A stretch of 64,000 nt of DNA from Octopus sinensis (taxonomy: Eukaryota). Where the stretch lies: the NCBI RefSeq assembly GCF_006345805.1, contig NC_043014.1, positions 50,902,001 to 50,966,000 of the forward strand. Reading direction: 5' to 3'. The translations under genes and the position numbers were made by a program. Below, piece by piece: positions 24,550 to 37,561 of the stretch (position 1 is the stretch's first letter; every line of letters starts with the position of its first letter). The notes under the pieces were generated by a model. That model had not been told where the DNA came from. It did not search any database and worked only from the letters and a program-made list of their open reading frames with translations.

Positions 24550-25722
24550 CTATATATATATGTATATATATATATATATGAGTGTGTGTGTGTGTGTGTG
24601 TATATATATAATAATGCAGTGTTTTCATTGAATTGGGTCCTGTAAGAGATTCCTTATTGAACCAACGAAGTTATTATATCTCAAAGACAAATACGTTATC
24701 AATATTTTGGGCTTGTCTTATGCCACAAAATGGTTAAATATATATTTTGGAAGTAGCGGTATTTCCTTGGAACCACTAATTTTTCGGTTCCATACTGGTT
24801 ATATACTTCAGCATGTAATCGATATGTAAATTCCTCATAAACCTACCTTACCGTTTTCTATCGCCAATCGTCCACCGCTTATTGGATACGTTGATGATAT
24901 CTATAAGCAAACTAACATTAAATCTAATTATTCTTGAAAAATAATTTAATTATAAACTGTTAGATTAACGGAATCTTACGAACAATATAACCTCAAATAA
25001 TATCCTTTCTGTTTAGTTAAATGTTGTAGATAGTGTGATGAGATCAGAGTAAGACAAAAGTCGATTAATTCTCTCGGTTTGATCGAAGTTAACTTTTGCA
25101 TCTAATTTTATTTTGAAGCCACAACATCTCATTTCCTCTCCATACTATATTACCTCTAGCGCCTTTGATGCCAGCTATAAAGAAACCGATATTCTTAGTG
25201 CTTACCTCGAAATGTTAAGCTTGCGGCAACTGGAATGAGGTGTCTTTCCGTCCAATAATGGTATATAGATTCAGAATGTTCTTAACACAATTATCTAAAT
25301 TAATAGAACTACATTATCTGAAGTAAAATCACGTCTTGTGTGCTTTGTTTCAATTTAATTAATACTTATGTTAAAGGGCAATTACGTTTACAACGGTAAA
25401 TTGTCTAAATTTTCCACTATGGCCTTAGCATTTATAATACTATTGGGGAAACATAACAATGCCGGCATCTAAGATATGTTTGTAACGTACGAGAAGAAAG
25501 GAATGCAAGCTCCCGTGTGATTTCGCAATGAGAAACTTCACCTGTGATGAAGCAGAATCTACGAATGTATAATATGCTATCTTTCAAATGTCTGGAGTAA
25601 ATAATGGTATATTTATGTAGACCATTTAGCATTTACTGTAGTTAAAATTTATTATCGTCATACATTGAAGTTGTTTCCTTGTATATCCATCTGAAATGTT
25701 TAAGGTCTCATTTCAATTAATA

Positions 25723-26114
25723 CTAGCAGTATCGTCCGGCGTTGCTCGGGTTTGTAAGGGAAATAACTATATAAGCATTTTTAGAGAGTTATAGCCAAAA
25801 AATAGCAAAAAATGCATTAAAAATGGAAAAACATTGTGGTAAATTTTTTTTTAAATCGTTGACTCATCGTAGACATTTTTAGAGAGTTACTTCCCTTACA
25901 TTAAAAAATATGCATTAAAATGGAAAACAATGATGTTAAATTAATTTTAAAATCGTAGACTCATCGTAGACGCGCGCTAATACCCAGAAGGGCTCGATAT
26001 TAATCACGACTATAAGATACCCGGTTTTGGTTAAACTGCACCGCAAAATGTGGGAGTAGTTATGAATCTAAATCGGAGTAGACAGACACACAACCTTACT
26101 TTTATATATAAAAA
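25723..26114 (-). mobile_element. Non-autonomous Helitron (copy 2)
   Basis: Reverse complement of 12763-13159: CTAG at 25723-25726, hairpin and internal duplication retained; 5' TC mutated to TT; A/T flanks. Confidence 0.85.
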
Positions 26115-27085
26115 TTAAGCTTAAGTTATGAGGGCAGAAGAATTCTGCTGAGGAGTGAATTGTCTCCCCGTTTAGAATTCTTCGAATAAAGCATTTGAAA
26201 TCCATTTACTGGTTCTCTTTTAATCAGTTAAAAAGGGCCATCTTCCTCGTTTCAAATAACCAAAATATTCATCAGTTCCTAAGCCGTTGTTGAGTGTTCG
26301 ATTTGTAGATTGTAAACTTCTATATTTATAGACCCCATTGTTGTGAGTTCAAATCCGACTGGAATGCTCATTACCAGTTTCTATCGTTTTACCTTCTTGT
26401 TTGCATCTCTTTTACCTGTTTCTATATAAATATATAGATTCTGTATAGTCTACTCTAACAATCAATAACATTCTATTATACAATAGATTAGCAAACTTAG
26501 TATTTCCTTTTCATACGAAATACAGCCCACAACACCAGTGAAACTAATGCCAATTCTAACAGCAGAATTAGTAATTACAAGATCGAAAGCATTCAGTATG
26601 ACAGAAGGAAAACGAATATGATAGTATATAGAACTTCGTTGAAGTACATTTGTGTGTCTTTACTCGCTGAGGTCATCTGAGCTAAACTTGAATAGCAACA
26701 ATAATAACAAGAGCAACAATCTGTGATGATTCTGTTCCAGAAAAGACGACAATCCCATGCTATAGAACATGTGACTAGAGATTGTAATTGAGAAAGAAGT
26801 CAGTGACCTTGTCAGATTGCCCGCAAATTATAGCGGTCTAAACACCAACGGCTTACCAACACCTCTTCAAGCGGGCGAGATATTACGTGTAAACAAATGA
26901 TTTTGGAAGAAACAATGTCGCAGTTCAAGCAGATTTTCCACTTTCACTAAAGTTCAATGTTTTTGTATCTAACATGGAGAACTTGTAATGTCTATGGTGC
27001 ATATCATAGACTACAGTTCCTAAAAGACTTCACTCACACGTAGAACAGAAAAGCTACGGGTAGTGCGTATCATGGGAAGGAGAGA

Positions 27086-27160
27086 TTACAACAATTATAC
27101 ATGTCGAGGAAAGAATCGTGGTTCCTTCTTTAAGCATGAAACTAGAACCCACAAAATGTC
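27086..27160 (-). repeat. Dispersed ~75-bp repeat, partner at 30283-30357
   Basis: gacattttgtgggttctagtttcatgcttaaagaaggaa...ttcctcgacatgtataattgttgtaa vs gacactgtatgggttctagtttcatgcctgaagaaggaa...ttcctcgatatatataattgttgtaa. Confidence 0.7.
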
Positions 27161-27492
27161 TCCCGATGGTAGATCGCGTTGTTTGCGTTGGCGTCTGCTG
27201 GAGAAAACATATTCACAACATTTCAATGATTCTAAACAACATCGAAATAAAAACAGGGAAAAACATACTGAATTCTCTCTGTTAACTTTTAATAGTGTGT
27301 TTTATAATTTCAGAAGTACTGGTTATGCTATTATTTTTGTAAACCTTTCTCTAAAAAAGAAGCGATGTATGTGTGTATGTATGTGTGTATGTATGTATGT
27401 ATGTATGTATGTATGTATGTATGTATGTATGTATGTATGTATGTATGTATGTATGTATCATCTATCCGTTTTCCTCTCTCTCTATCATCATG

Positions 27493-27533
<41 letters not shown>

Positions 27534-27686
27534 GTGTGTGTATGTGTATGTGTGTGTGTGCGTGTGTGTGTTTCTCTGTGTGTGTATGTATGTATACACA
27601 GACAAACACACACACAGACACTCACAAACGCACATTATATTAAAAGAAATGAGAAATGTTGCAAATGCGTAAAATTTTTATACACA

Positions 27687-27772
<86 letters not shown>

Positions 27773-28427
27773 GTTGTTTGAATAAAGCAAGTAGTTTTAT
27801 TTTTTTACATAAAAGGAGAGTACTTTTTTTTCCATGCATATATAGATATGAATATAAAAAAAAAATACAAATATACCTTTGCATATAACAAATGTTTTCG
27901 GATAACAGTTTTACAGAAAATATGTTTGGTGTATGTTTTCACAAGGCGAGTTTTACACACGCAACGGATAAAAGATGAGAAAAAAGATCTCGTTGCTGAA
28001 AGGTTTCGCTATAGAATACGGCTGCGTGTGTAAAGCGTTTTAGTGTATAAATTTCAGTGTATACTGTAGCCAAAAGAAGTCTTGTAAAATCATATTTAAA
28101 CTGATCGGGTTCGGGTTTTCGCTGTTATTCAGCTTATCAATGTTCAAGATACTCTTTAGTTGTATCTAAACATCAAGTTCTGAGTTTATGCGTGATTAGA
28201 CAAAGACATAGTGATGCCGCTTACGACATTCCCATGAAAGTGACGTGAAGTTCAGTCTGCGAAATATTTTGTTCAATATATAAGTTCAATAACGGTTAAG
28301 GTTTTCAGAAAATAATATTTCTACTTATAATGAATAATGAAGTTGTTTTTTTATATGTGTTTATAAAAAAAAAATGATTTTCTACCTAGTTTTTTTTATT
28401 ATTATTTTAAGTGGCTATTGTAACTAT

Positions 28428-28720
28428 GTGGAGGTGCAATGGCCCAGTGGTTAGGGCAGCGGACTCGTTGTCGGAGGAACGCGGTTTCGATTCCCAAGCG
28501 AAAATAACTAAAGCTCCGCGAGGCTCTGGCAGGGGGTGGTGGCGACCCCTGTTGTACTCTTTTGCCCCAACTTTCTCTCACTCTTTCTTCCTGTTTCTTG
28601 AGTAACGCTGCGATGGACTGGCATCCCGTCCAGCTGCGGGGTACATATACGCCATAGAAACCGGGAAACCGGGGCCATGAGCCTGGGGAGGCTTGAAAAT
28701 GGCGCATAAATAAAAAAAAT
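28428..28720 (+). mobile_element. tRNA-derived SINE family C with a V-domain-like 3' module
   Basis: A box TGGCCCAGTGG 28440-28450, B box GGTTTCGATTCC 28483-28494; gctgcgatggactggcatcccgtccag (28607-28633) resembles the V-SINE core as recalled. Confidence 0.8.
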
Positions 28721-28818
28721 AATTGTAATTATACTCGGTTTAGTGTAATTGCGCTAGTTATCCGCACAAAAACAATGTAATGAATTAGCAAACCTACTCT
28801 AAGAGGGTACCTCTGTTT

Positions 28819-28855
<37 letters not shown>

Positions 28856-30759
28856 TACACACACACACACATACACACAAATACACACACACACGAACAG
28901 GCACTCACACAAACACACATTTATGTATGTAGGAAGGTCAACAGTGTTTTATGTGCCACGAACGGACATGAGCCGAGAATCGAAAGAAGCCCTTCGGCTA
29001 ATATTCTCTTCTACAACTCGGAAATATATGACTAGTTGTTTTACCTTTTTCTCAACTATCAGGAAATCCCTTCTTCTGTAAAGATATAAAAATGCGTCGC
29101 AGCGCCACACACTTCTTGTAACAATATTTTTTTATCTCCAAGACACCAATAAACGCCTAAACTTAACTTCTTCTAACGTTTGACATGCAATTATAAATAA
29201 GGAAATAACTACAACAGTGAAAATATATACGGCAGAAATAAGATTTGGCGTTTTATACGCCGACTCTGTATTTCCTGACAATAGTTACTGGACTGCTGGG
29301 GAAAAAATGATTAAAACTTGCAGAAGTTTTCCTATAATGAAATTTGTACACTGTATCTTTTCTTTCCGTTTTCATCTTTATTCCATTCTTAAAATATTAG
29401 CGCTGGCGTGAACAATTTCAAATGCTTACTCTATATAATATCAAATTTAATTACTGAAGTATGAGAAAACTGCAGCCTGTAATATCATTTTACAATCACT
29501 ATCTCGAAGATAAGATTTTCAATCTACAATAACGGAGTCGCTAAATCAAAATATAAACCATATGCATATGGCAAATTAAATTTATATTGTTTTGAATTAT
29601 TAAATATACTGAAAAAGACTTAGAAATGAAATTTAGAGAACATAATTTAGTAATTTCTTGTGAAAATTTCCTACGGATGCTTAGGATTACGTTAACCATC
29701 ATAATTCTTTGCATCTATAACATATCAAAATAGATATATGAAGAATATCAATCGATAAATTTTCGTATGATTTTTTTTTATTGTATATTCATAGTAAATT
29801 GAATTCAACAGAATAGATATACGATATATAATTGTATCTACTCACAATGTAACAATTTACTATAAGATCTGCTAAATTTTAGATGTCAGATGGAAATCTT
29901 TAATTTATATAATGGGAGTTACTGAGAAACTATAATCTTTGCCTAAGTATAGTTTCAAAGTTTATAAAAACTATCTTCATTCAATTAAACACACACACAT
30001 GCACAGGAACACACGAACGCATACACATACACACACATACATATACTTATATATATGTGTGTTTATGTGTGTATTCATATATATATATATATATATGGAA
30101 ATACATATAAGCACGTGCACGCGCACACACACACGTACATGTATAACCCAAATTCTTGGTCTTTCGATGCACGTGTACCAAGACAAACATATACATGCGC
30201 ATATGCCTGCAGGTAGTTACAGTTTCTGACAACGACAGCAAGAACAATACTCACTACATATAACGGAGTGAACATTTGGGCAGACACTGTATGGGTTCTA
30301 GTTTCATGCCTGAAGAAGGAAGCACCATTGGTTCCTCGATATATATAATTGTTGTAACTTCTTAGTACTTTTGATAGACAAGAATGTCTTTACAGTTATA
30401 TATTTAAGAGATGAGGAATTATGTACATTATTTACATTAATTACATTTGACGGATATTTGTCCTCATCTTGTCAGAACTAACAGGTATTCACATCTTTAG
30501 AAACAAGCAATACTGGTGGAACACTCCAAATAAAACATCAAGTTGGTGCAAATATAACACAGCTGAAATTGTACTATGGAGCAGGAAACACAAGTTATAC
30601 ATTGTTGTAACGGTCTAGGAGTGTCTACCCTACCTGTCAATGCTGTTATTGCCCTATACTATACGGAATATGTACATGTGTATTGCATGTTGCTGGTATA
30701 CAGCCTGCAACTCCAAGCCTGTGTTTAGATTGGCCAGTCCTGTCACTTTTGGGAGTCAC

Positions 30760-31735
30760 GTGACACAAAGCACCTGCACAGTAGGTCTTCTCTAACTCTG
30801 AAGATGTTGTTGCCCTCACTTTTGAGTACGCATGGAATGTACTCATTTCTTTCTTTATCCTTCAGCAGGTGTTGTCTGAGTGATACAATGCGACATTCGA
30901 AGGCTGTTTGGACTGACCTTATGACTTTAGCGCCATCACTTTGTCTCACAGAGATCCTATCAGTGTCACTCTTAATGTAAAAGTTGCTTCTGGAGGTCAG
31001 TGCTTTTCAGGTCCAGTCCAATATCCCAAATACTGGCATTAGTCCTGCCACTGCAAGACATTGTGAGATATATTCTTGTTAAATCAGACCGCCCTGAATT
31101 CCATATTTTCCAGAGTCTGCAGAAGTCGTTTTTATTTTTGCGTTTCTGGTTTCAGTCACAGCACCAACGCATGCAACATTCTCCTCGATTCTCCGATGCT
31201 TTAATAGTTTGCATTATTAAAGATAGCGAAGATAGACAAGTAATGATAAACATGTTTTCTGTCTGGTCAACAATCTTTCCCGGGTTGACTACTGCGTGCG
31301 AGCATTTATCTGGCCCAAACCCCGTTTCTATACATTGTGAGAATAGTAGGACTAATTCTAATTGTCTCCTGATGGTGAACATTTTACCAAAATAAAACTT
31401 GGGGGGTCATTGAAAAAACATGTGGGGACGACACTAATTTTATTCTTTTCTTTATATCCCAGCATTTAACCATGGCATTTTGGTAACAGGATTTTCAATG
31501 GGTTCCTTGCCAGTACAAAGAACATTACAGATAAAATATCACCCTGGGACACGCCTGTCAATCGTTTAATTCCGTTTGTAATAATAGGCGTTGCTTATTA
31601 GTTGCCACTAATAACGGTGCGGACCATGGTGTTGTCAGTCTTTCAATGACATTCGCTACAGCAGCTAGGATTTTGACATGGCGTGTTTAATCTCTCAACC
31701 ATGGATCGAATGCCTTCTTGTAGTCTAGACATATT
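30760..31735 (-). mobile_element. Old degraded R4/Dong-like RT fragment
   Basis: Collinear minus-strand motifs: CLDYKKAFD, TGVSQGDILSVMFFVLARNPL, FSQCIETGFGPDKCSHAVVNPGKIV, PVFGILDWT, KSDTDRISVRQSDG...FECRIVSLRQHL; same order as in 6288-8522. Confidence 0.75.
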
Positions 31736-31925
31736 GTTTAAGCGATTGTGGCGATGTTATCAGTTATCTTCGGTATATGTGTACGTACGTACATAGACAC
31801 TCATACAGACAAAGACGCACACACATACACACACATAAATATCTATCTATCTATCTACCTATCTATCTATCTATCAATCTGCCTGTCTGTTTGTCTGTCT
31901 GTCTATCTATCTATCTATCTATCTA

Positions 31926-31966
<41 letters not shown>

Positions 31967-33942
31967 TCACATATATGTATATATGTATGCATGTATGTAT
32001 GTGTGTGTATGTGTGTCATTATACATACTCACACATACCAGGACCAATGGTCAGGAGTTTACACATCCTTAATTCATGCGCAAGAAGTGAACAGGATGAA
32101 CATTTGCAATGCCTTGTTAAGATTTAAGGTTGTTTTCATTCACAGCCGCGCTACATTGCAGATGGCCGCTCAGAATTCACTCTGAATTAGAAAAGAAGGA
32201 AAGCATACAAACATACACATAAGCACAAACACACGCATACACACATACACACACACACACACACACACAAACATACATGATACACATACATTACTCTTCT
32301 CTGAAATCCGATCTTACTGTAGTTTGAGTCGTAATTTTGTGATTCTGTTACCATACCATCAACCTAATTCGTCCCATTTCTAATAGTTTTCTTGTTATGA
32401 TATCCCTTTAAATGGGTCTCCGAGGTTTTATGTTTGCAATATGAAATATTAAAAATTTGGAAGACAATTCATATATTAATTCTTTAAAAGAATATTAAAA
32501 AGTAAAACCGTATAACAGAATCTCACCTGAATGGTTAGTAGGAGCATTCATGAATTAATTGCTAGAATATCTTTTAATTGTTCCATTAATATATAAAATA
32601 GAAATGGGGTTTTCGAAAAAGAAATAAACCACTGTGGAACGTTTTTCACTTTCTGCAATTTAAAATGTTGATATTTCGGTTAATGATGTTTTAGAATTTT
32701 ATGACAAATGCAAACGAAATATATTTATTCTTATGAAAAGCAATATATACATATATATATATAACATAGAAAAATGTATTTTTTAATATTTTTAAAAGCC
32801 TATATTTTAAAACCAGAGAAAAATAACTAGAAATATTTTAAATGTAATTCTAAGACTGTCTTTTATGATAATTTTATACTAACACAAAGGAAGAATTTTG
32901 ATGTAGAGGTTTAAAAATCTCAGTTTGAAAGTTATAATATGAAAGTGAAATGGAAACATTAGTGGAACAATTATTAAATATTTATCAGATGATCGGAATA
33001 TATAAACAGTCAATATATTTATGAAAGGGTGACAAAAAGTTTATCAAAGTAACTAATGGGAGAGCTCCTTTGATTTGTATTTGCAAAATTAGACTAGCAG
33101 GCGGAAATGGCTAAGATATGTAAATGAGATTAATGTTTGCCAAAAAAAAAAAAAATCTTTTCAGCAATGCAACTGAGGCGTTAAGCAAAATACGAAAACT
33201 GATTTCAATGAATGAGAACAATAACGAAAAAATTCTCTTTGCGTACTTTGTTTAAAGATCCTGCAATATTTCGGGAAACATTTCCCTTTTCAAATAAAAG
33301 CAAGAAATGTGAGTTTATGCTGTGTTGTTCATAAGCAAGCTACTTAGTGACTGCTTTAAACGAGATCTGTATAGGGAGTGGTGAATTTGGGGCAAAGATG
33401 ATCTTGGAACTGTAACAAGCTAATACTGGTATACATTACACGTTAAGGGCAACTAAGGACAGATCTCATGATACAAATACAATTTTATTGCAATAAGCTA
33501 AATCACTTGTACCATTAAAGAGACCTAAAGCACCACATTGGTTTAGCCTACAGAGGCAGTGCTTCCGTCTCCGTGTAGTAGTATGTACACAATTATTATT
33601 TAAGGTCCGTCATTTATTTCTGCCAGTTTGTTATAGATTATATCTCTTTTAAGTGTAAAGATTTAGTTCATACCTCCCCTTTTTAGTGTATAACAATTTC
33701 TACCATCGCAAATATACTATAAACTCCTTTCTTAATGTTCATCGTAATTCTGTATTTCAAAAAGCCCAATCGAAGCTATATGGGCGCTATAAGAGCAATT
33801 AACAGGCGGGCAGTTGCTTTGATGAGATACGGAACATGAATAGTGTATCTTGGAAGAAAAATGACGATGCAAATTAATGACAATGAACTACACTCCAAGA
33901 GTAGTGTGTCAAGATTGTATGTGTGTTTGTGAGAGTATATAT

Positions 33943-34398
33943 ACTCTTTACTCTTTTACTCTTTTACTTGTTTCAGTCATTTGACTGTGCCCATGCTGGA
34001 GCACCGCCTTTAGTCGAACAAATCGACCCCAGGACTTGTTCTTTGTAAGCCTAGTACTTATGCTATCGTTAAGTCACGAGGACGTAAACACACCAGCATC
34101 GGTTGTCAAGCAATATTGGGGGACAAACACAGACACACAAACGTATACACACAAACACAGACACACACACACGAACACACACACACACACACACATACAC
34201 ACCCACCCACACACATATATATATACATATATACGACGGGCTTCTTTCAGTTTCCGTCTACCAGATCTACTCACAAGGCTTTGGCCGGCCCGAGGCTATA
34301 GTAGAAGACACATGCCCAAGTTGCTACGCAGTGGGACTGAACCCGGAACTGTGTTGTTCATAAGCAAGCTACTTACCGCGTAGCCACTCCTACGCCTA
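33943..34398 (-). mobile_element. SINE family A
   Basis: Tail (ACTCTTTT)n through head; internal (CA)n. Confidence 0.9.
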
Positions 34399-35917
34399 AA
34401 ATATATATATGCATATATATATATCTATATAATATATATGCATGTACGTACGTACGTACGTACGTACGTATGTATGTATGTATGTATGTGTGAATGTATG
34501 TATGTATGTATGTATGTATGTATGTATGTATGTATGTATGCATGCATGTATGTACGTATGCATGTATGTATGTGTGTATGTATGTATGTATGCGTGCATG
34601 TATGTATATATGTGCGTATATCGTCGCGAAGTTTTTCACAAAATTTACAACTTATTGAATTGAAAGTTTGAAGAGAATTTTTCGCATGTACTTTCACTTT
34701 TGCAAGTGATAACTTCGTATCCAAGATACACCATTTTGATTTATGTATTTTTACTTCGGTTTACATTTAGTTTCAGCATGATTACGATGGCTCAGTATGA
34801 TATTTTTGTTTATTAATCAATGTTATTTTATTGGTAAATATTTTATTTCATGGTGCTAGAATTTTACGTAGTGTATCGATTTTAATCTTTTAACTATTTC
34901 TATCTTCAATTTATGGCCGCCATATTAAAAAAAACTTGCAACTTTGTAGCTATCTACACTTAGATGTTTCCTATATTTACTTACGTTCGTACTTTTATTA
35001 TTGACTTTGTGGTTTATCTTTGGCTGGTGATTGGTGCTCGATATTCTGTACATTCGGTGTGGCTTTATTTTATAGTTTTCTACTTTATGCTTGTTTTCCT
35101 TGGGATAGATTTATTTTCATGATTTGTATCTTCAATATGTCATATTTTAAATGTTTAAAGTTTCTTTATTTTTCTTTCCTCTCTCAATTTGCTTGATCAA
35201 ATATATATCAAAAGTTCACCTTACTGAAGAAATTTGGTTTTCAACTAAATGGTTTCGGGTTCACACCAACTAGGCGACTCCACAGCCAAATGTCTTCCAT
35301 TAAATCTCCGGACCTACCAATAACTTGCGAGTGAATTTGGTAGACGGAAACTGTAGGGAAGCCTATCGTATGCATATATATATATTTGTGTGTGTCTACG
35401 TTTCTATTTGCTCCTTACTGCTCCTTAAACGGTGTTGCTTTATTTACGTTTTCGTATGTTACCTGTGCAAAGGTGTCCAATATAAAAAATAGTAAATTGT
35501 ACAATGTAAGAACTGCTGGAAATTTGTTCGTCTAAACCATTTCAGGTGTTTCTCTAGAATGCTCGCTTTCCATTTCTTTGAATAATAATAAAATAAAAGA
35601 AACAATGTCTTAATTGTATTACACCGGTATACAATATCAAGATTCTCATTTTTATAATAATTGGCACGCTGGTGTATAGCAGTCAGCCGAAATTAGCCTT
35701 TTTGTTTTGAAAAGGAGGAAAGATAATTTTAGTCTGAGCAGTCGCGAAGGTCGTGGCTAAAATGCTTTCGATTTCAGTTTTGTTTGATGATCAACTGGAA
35801 GAGAAAACCTCCAACAAAAATTACAACAATAATGTCTATAACTTTGTTAGTCTTCTATCACAGTATTGACAGTCTCTGTAATAGGATAATATTACAGCGC
35901 ATTTTCATTAATAATTT

Positions 35918-36149
35918 TTTTATTTCGTTATTGCCCTCAAGGGGCTAAACATGGAGGGGACAAACAAGGGCAGACAAAGGTATTAAGTTGATTACACCGA
36001 ACCCAGTGCGTAACTGGTACTTAATCGATCCCGAAAGGATGAAAGGCAAAGTCGGCCTCGGCGGAATTTGAACTCAGAACGTAACGGCAGGCGAAATACG
36101 GCTACGCATTTCGCCCGGCGTGCTAACGTTTCTGCCAGCTCACCACCTT
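35918..36149 (-). mobile_element. SINE family B with an apparent 14-bp TSD
   Basis: Flanked by ttcattaataattt (35904-35917) and ttcgttaataattt (36150-36163). Confidence 0.85.
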
Positions 36150-37271
36150 TTCGTTAATAATTTCTATTTTTTAATATTTCAATTAGATCACGTCTCTCTT
36201 TTCCGCCCTATTATTCCTGAAGATCACAGTTATTACGATTTAAGTGTATAGCTTAACTTTTCTGATGTTTAGGAACTGAATCTGGGAAATGGCATATATT
36301 TCAATTATAACATTTTTTTTGAAAGAATAACGATTTATTAAACATAATTAAAACGGTATATTAATAATATATGGGGAGGAGAATCAATTAAGGCATTAAT
36401 ATATATTGAGATAAATTCGTGTGGTCTTATTAAATAAAAAGAGTAGCTTAACCATCTCCGATTGAGTGAAAAGGGAGAAATATTTGAAAATAATTCAGTG
36501 GAATTAATTTTTAACTTCTTGTAGTTGTCTCCCTTTGCTTTCTCTATTCTTGTATCCACGCAGCACCATCACAAATGGCCCGACCATCTTTCTCGCTCTC
36601 CTCACATTATCATCATCATCATCATCATCATAATCATCATCATCATCATGAAGACAGCTGCCACCATCATCCTTCTCCATATCATCATTACTATGGCCAC
36701 CACTATCATCGCCATAATCATCATTCCCACCACCAAACAAAAATAACAGTACTCTCATCACTTCCGCCCCCTCCACTTCCTTCCCCGTCACCTAGACCTC
36801 ATTATGCATCCTCTACTTCTCCACCTCCCATGATGACCATCACACTTTTCTCCTCTTCTCCAATTCCTCTCCTGGAAATTTTCAAGCTTCTTATCCTACT
36901 CTGCATGGTTATCATCGCCACCACTACCATTGTGACTATAGGCACCAGAGCAGCAGCAGCAGCGACAACAGCGTCATCATCAGCAGCAGCAGTATAAGCT
37001 ATTGTGGCATTTATAGTACCAAAGTTCTAAACCTAATCAAGGCGGTGACCTGGCAGATTCTTCAGCACGCCAGACAAAACTTTTAGTGTCATTTCCTACG
37101 TCTTTTTGATCTGAGTTCAATTTATGCCGAGGACGACTTTGCTGTCCTCATGACGAAATTTGAAACCAATACGCGGTGAAACCATGTAATTCTATTTACC
37201 ATATACATATACACACACAGACACACACACGCACACGCACACACAAACACACACACACGCAAACGCACACG

Positions 37272-37347
<76 letters not shown>

Positions 37348-37350
37348 CAC

Positions 37351-37561
37351 GAGTAAGCACATACTTGCAAAACATGGTAGAAAAATAGTACTCGAATACC
37401 GAAGGTAGAGTAATATGCTACTTTTTAATTAAAGCTGGAAAAACATCACAAAACTGTTAGTCATTGTTTCATGTTTCTGTTTGTCGGACAGTTGTGATGA
37501 TTGACCAACAAACGGAAACGTGAAACTCTGACTAACAACTATGATATGTTTTTGCAACTTT
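37351..37561. mobile_element. Repeat with a ~60-bp-arm inverted repeat; left flank repeated at 38207-38305
   Basis: aaagctggaaaaacatc...tgttagtca...gtttcatgtttctgtttg pairs with caaacggaaacgtgaaac..tgactaaca...atgtttttgcaacttt; gagtaagcacata...aaaatagtactcgaatac.gaaggtagagtaatatgct occurs twice. Confidence 0.7.

Noticed and set aside
28428-28500. tRNA gene calls at SINE heads (also 17500, 44925)
   Set aside because: A/B boxes are present but there is no acceptor stem closure, and they continue into multi-copy SINE bodies.
30306-30345. CTGAAGA-AGGAA...TTCC as a hammerhead
   Set aside because: No GAAA follows, and the homologous copy at 27086-27160 lacks the core.
31150-31390. Initial reading as a CR1 RT domain-1 fragment (ITCLSSL)
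   Set aside because: The surrounding motifs are collinear with the Dong post-YMDD region (FG.DKC...GK.V), so it was reassigned to the R4/Dong fragment.
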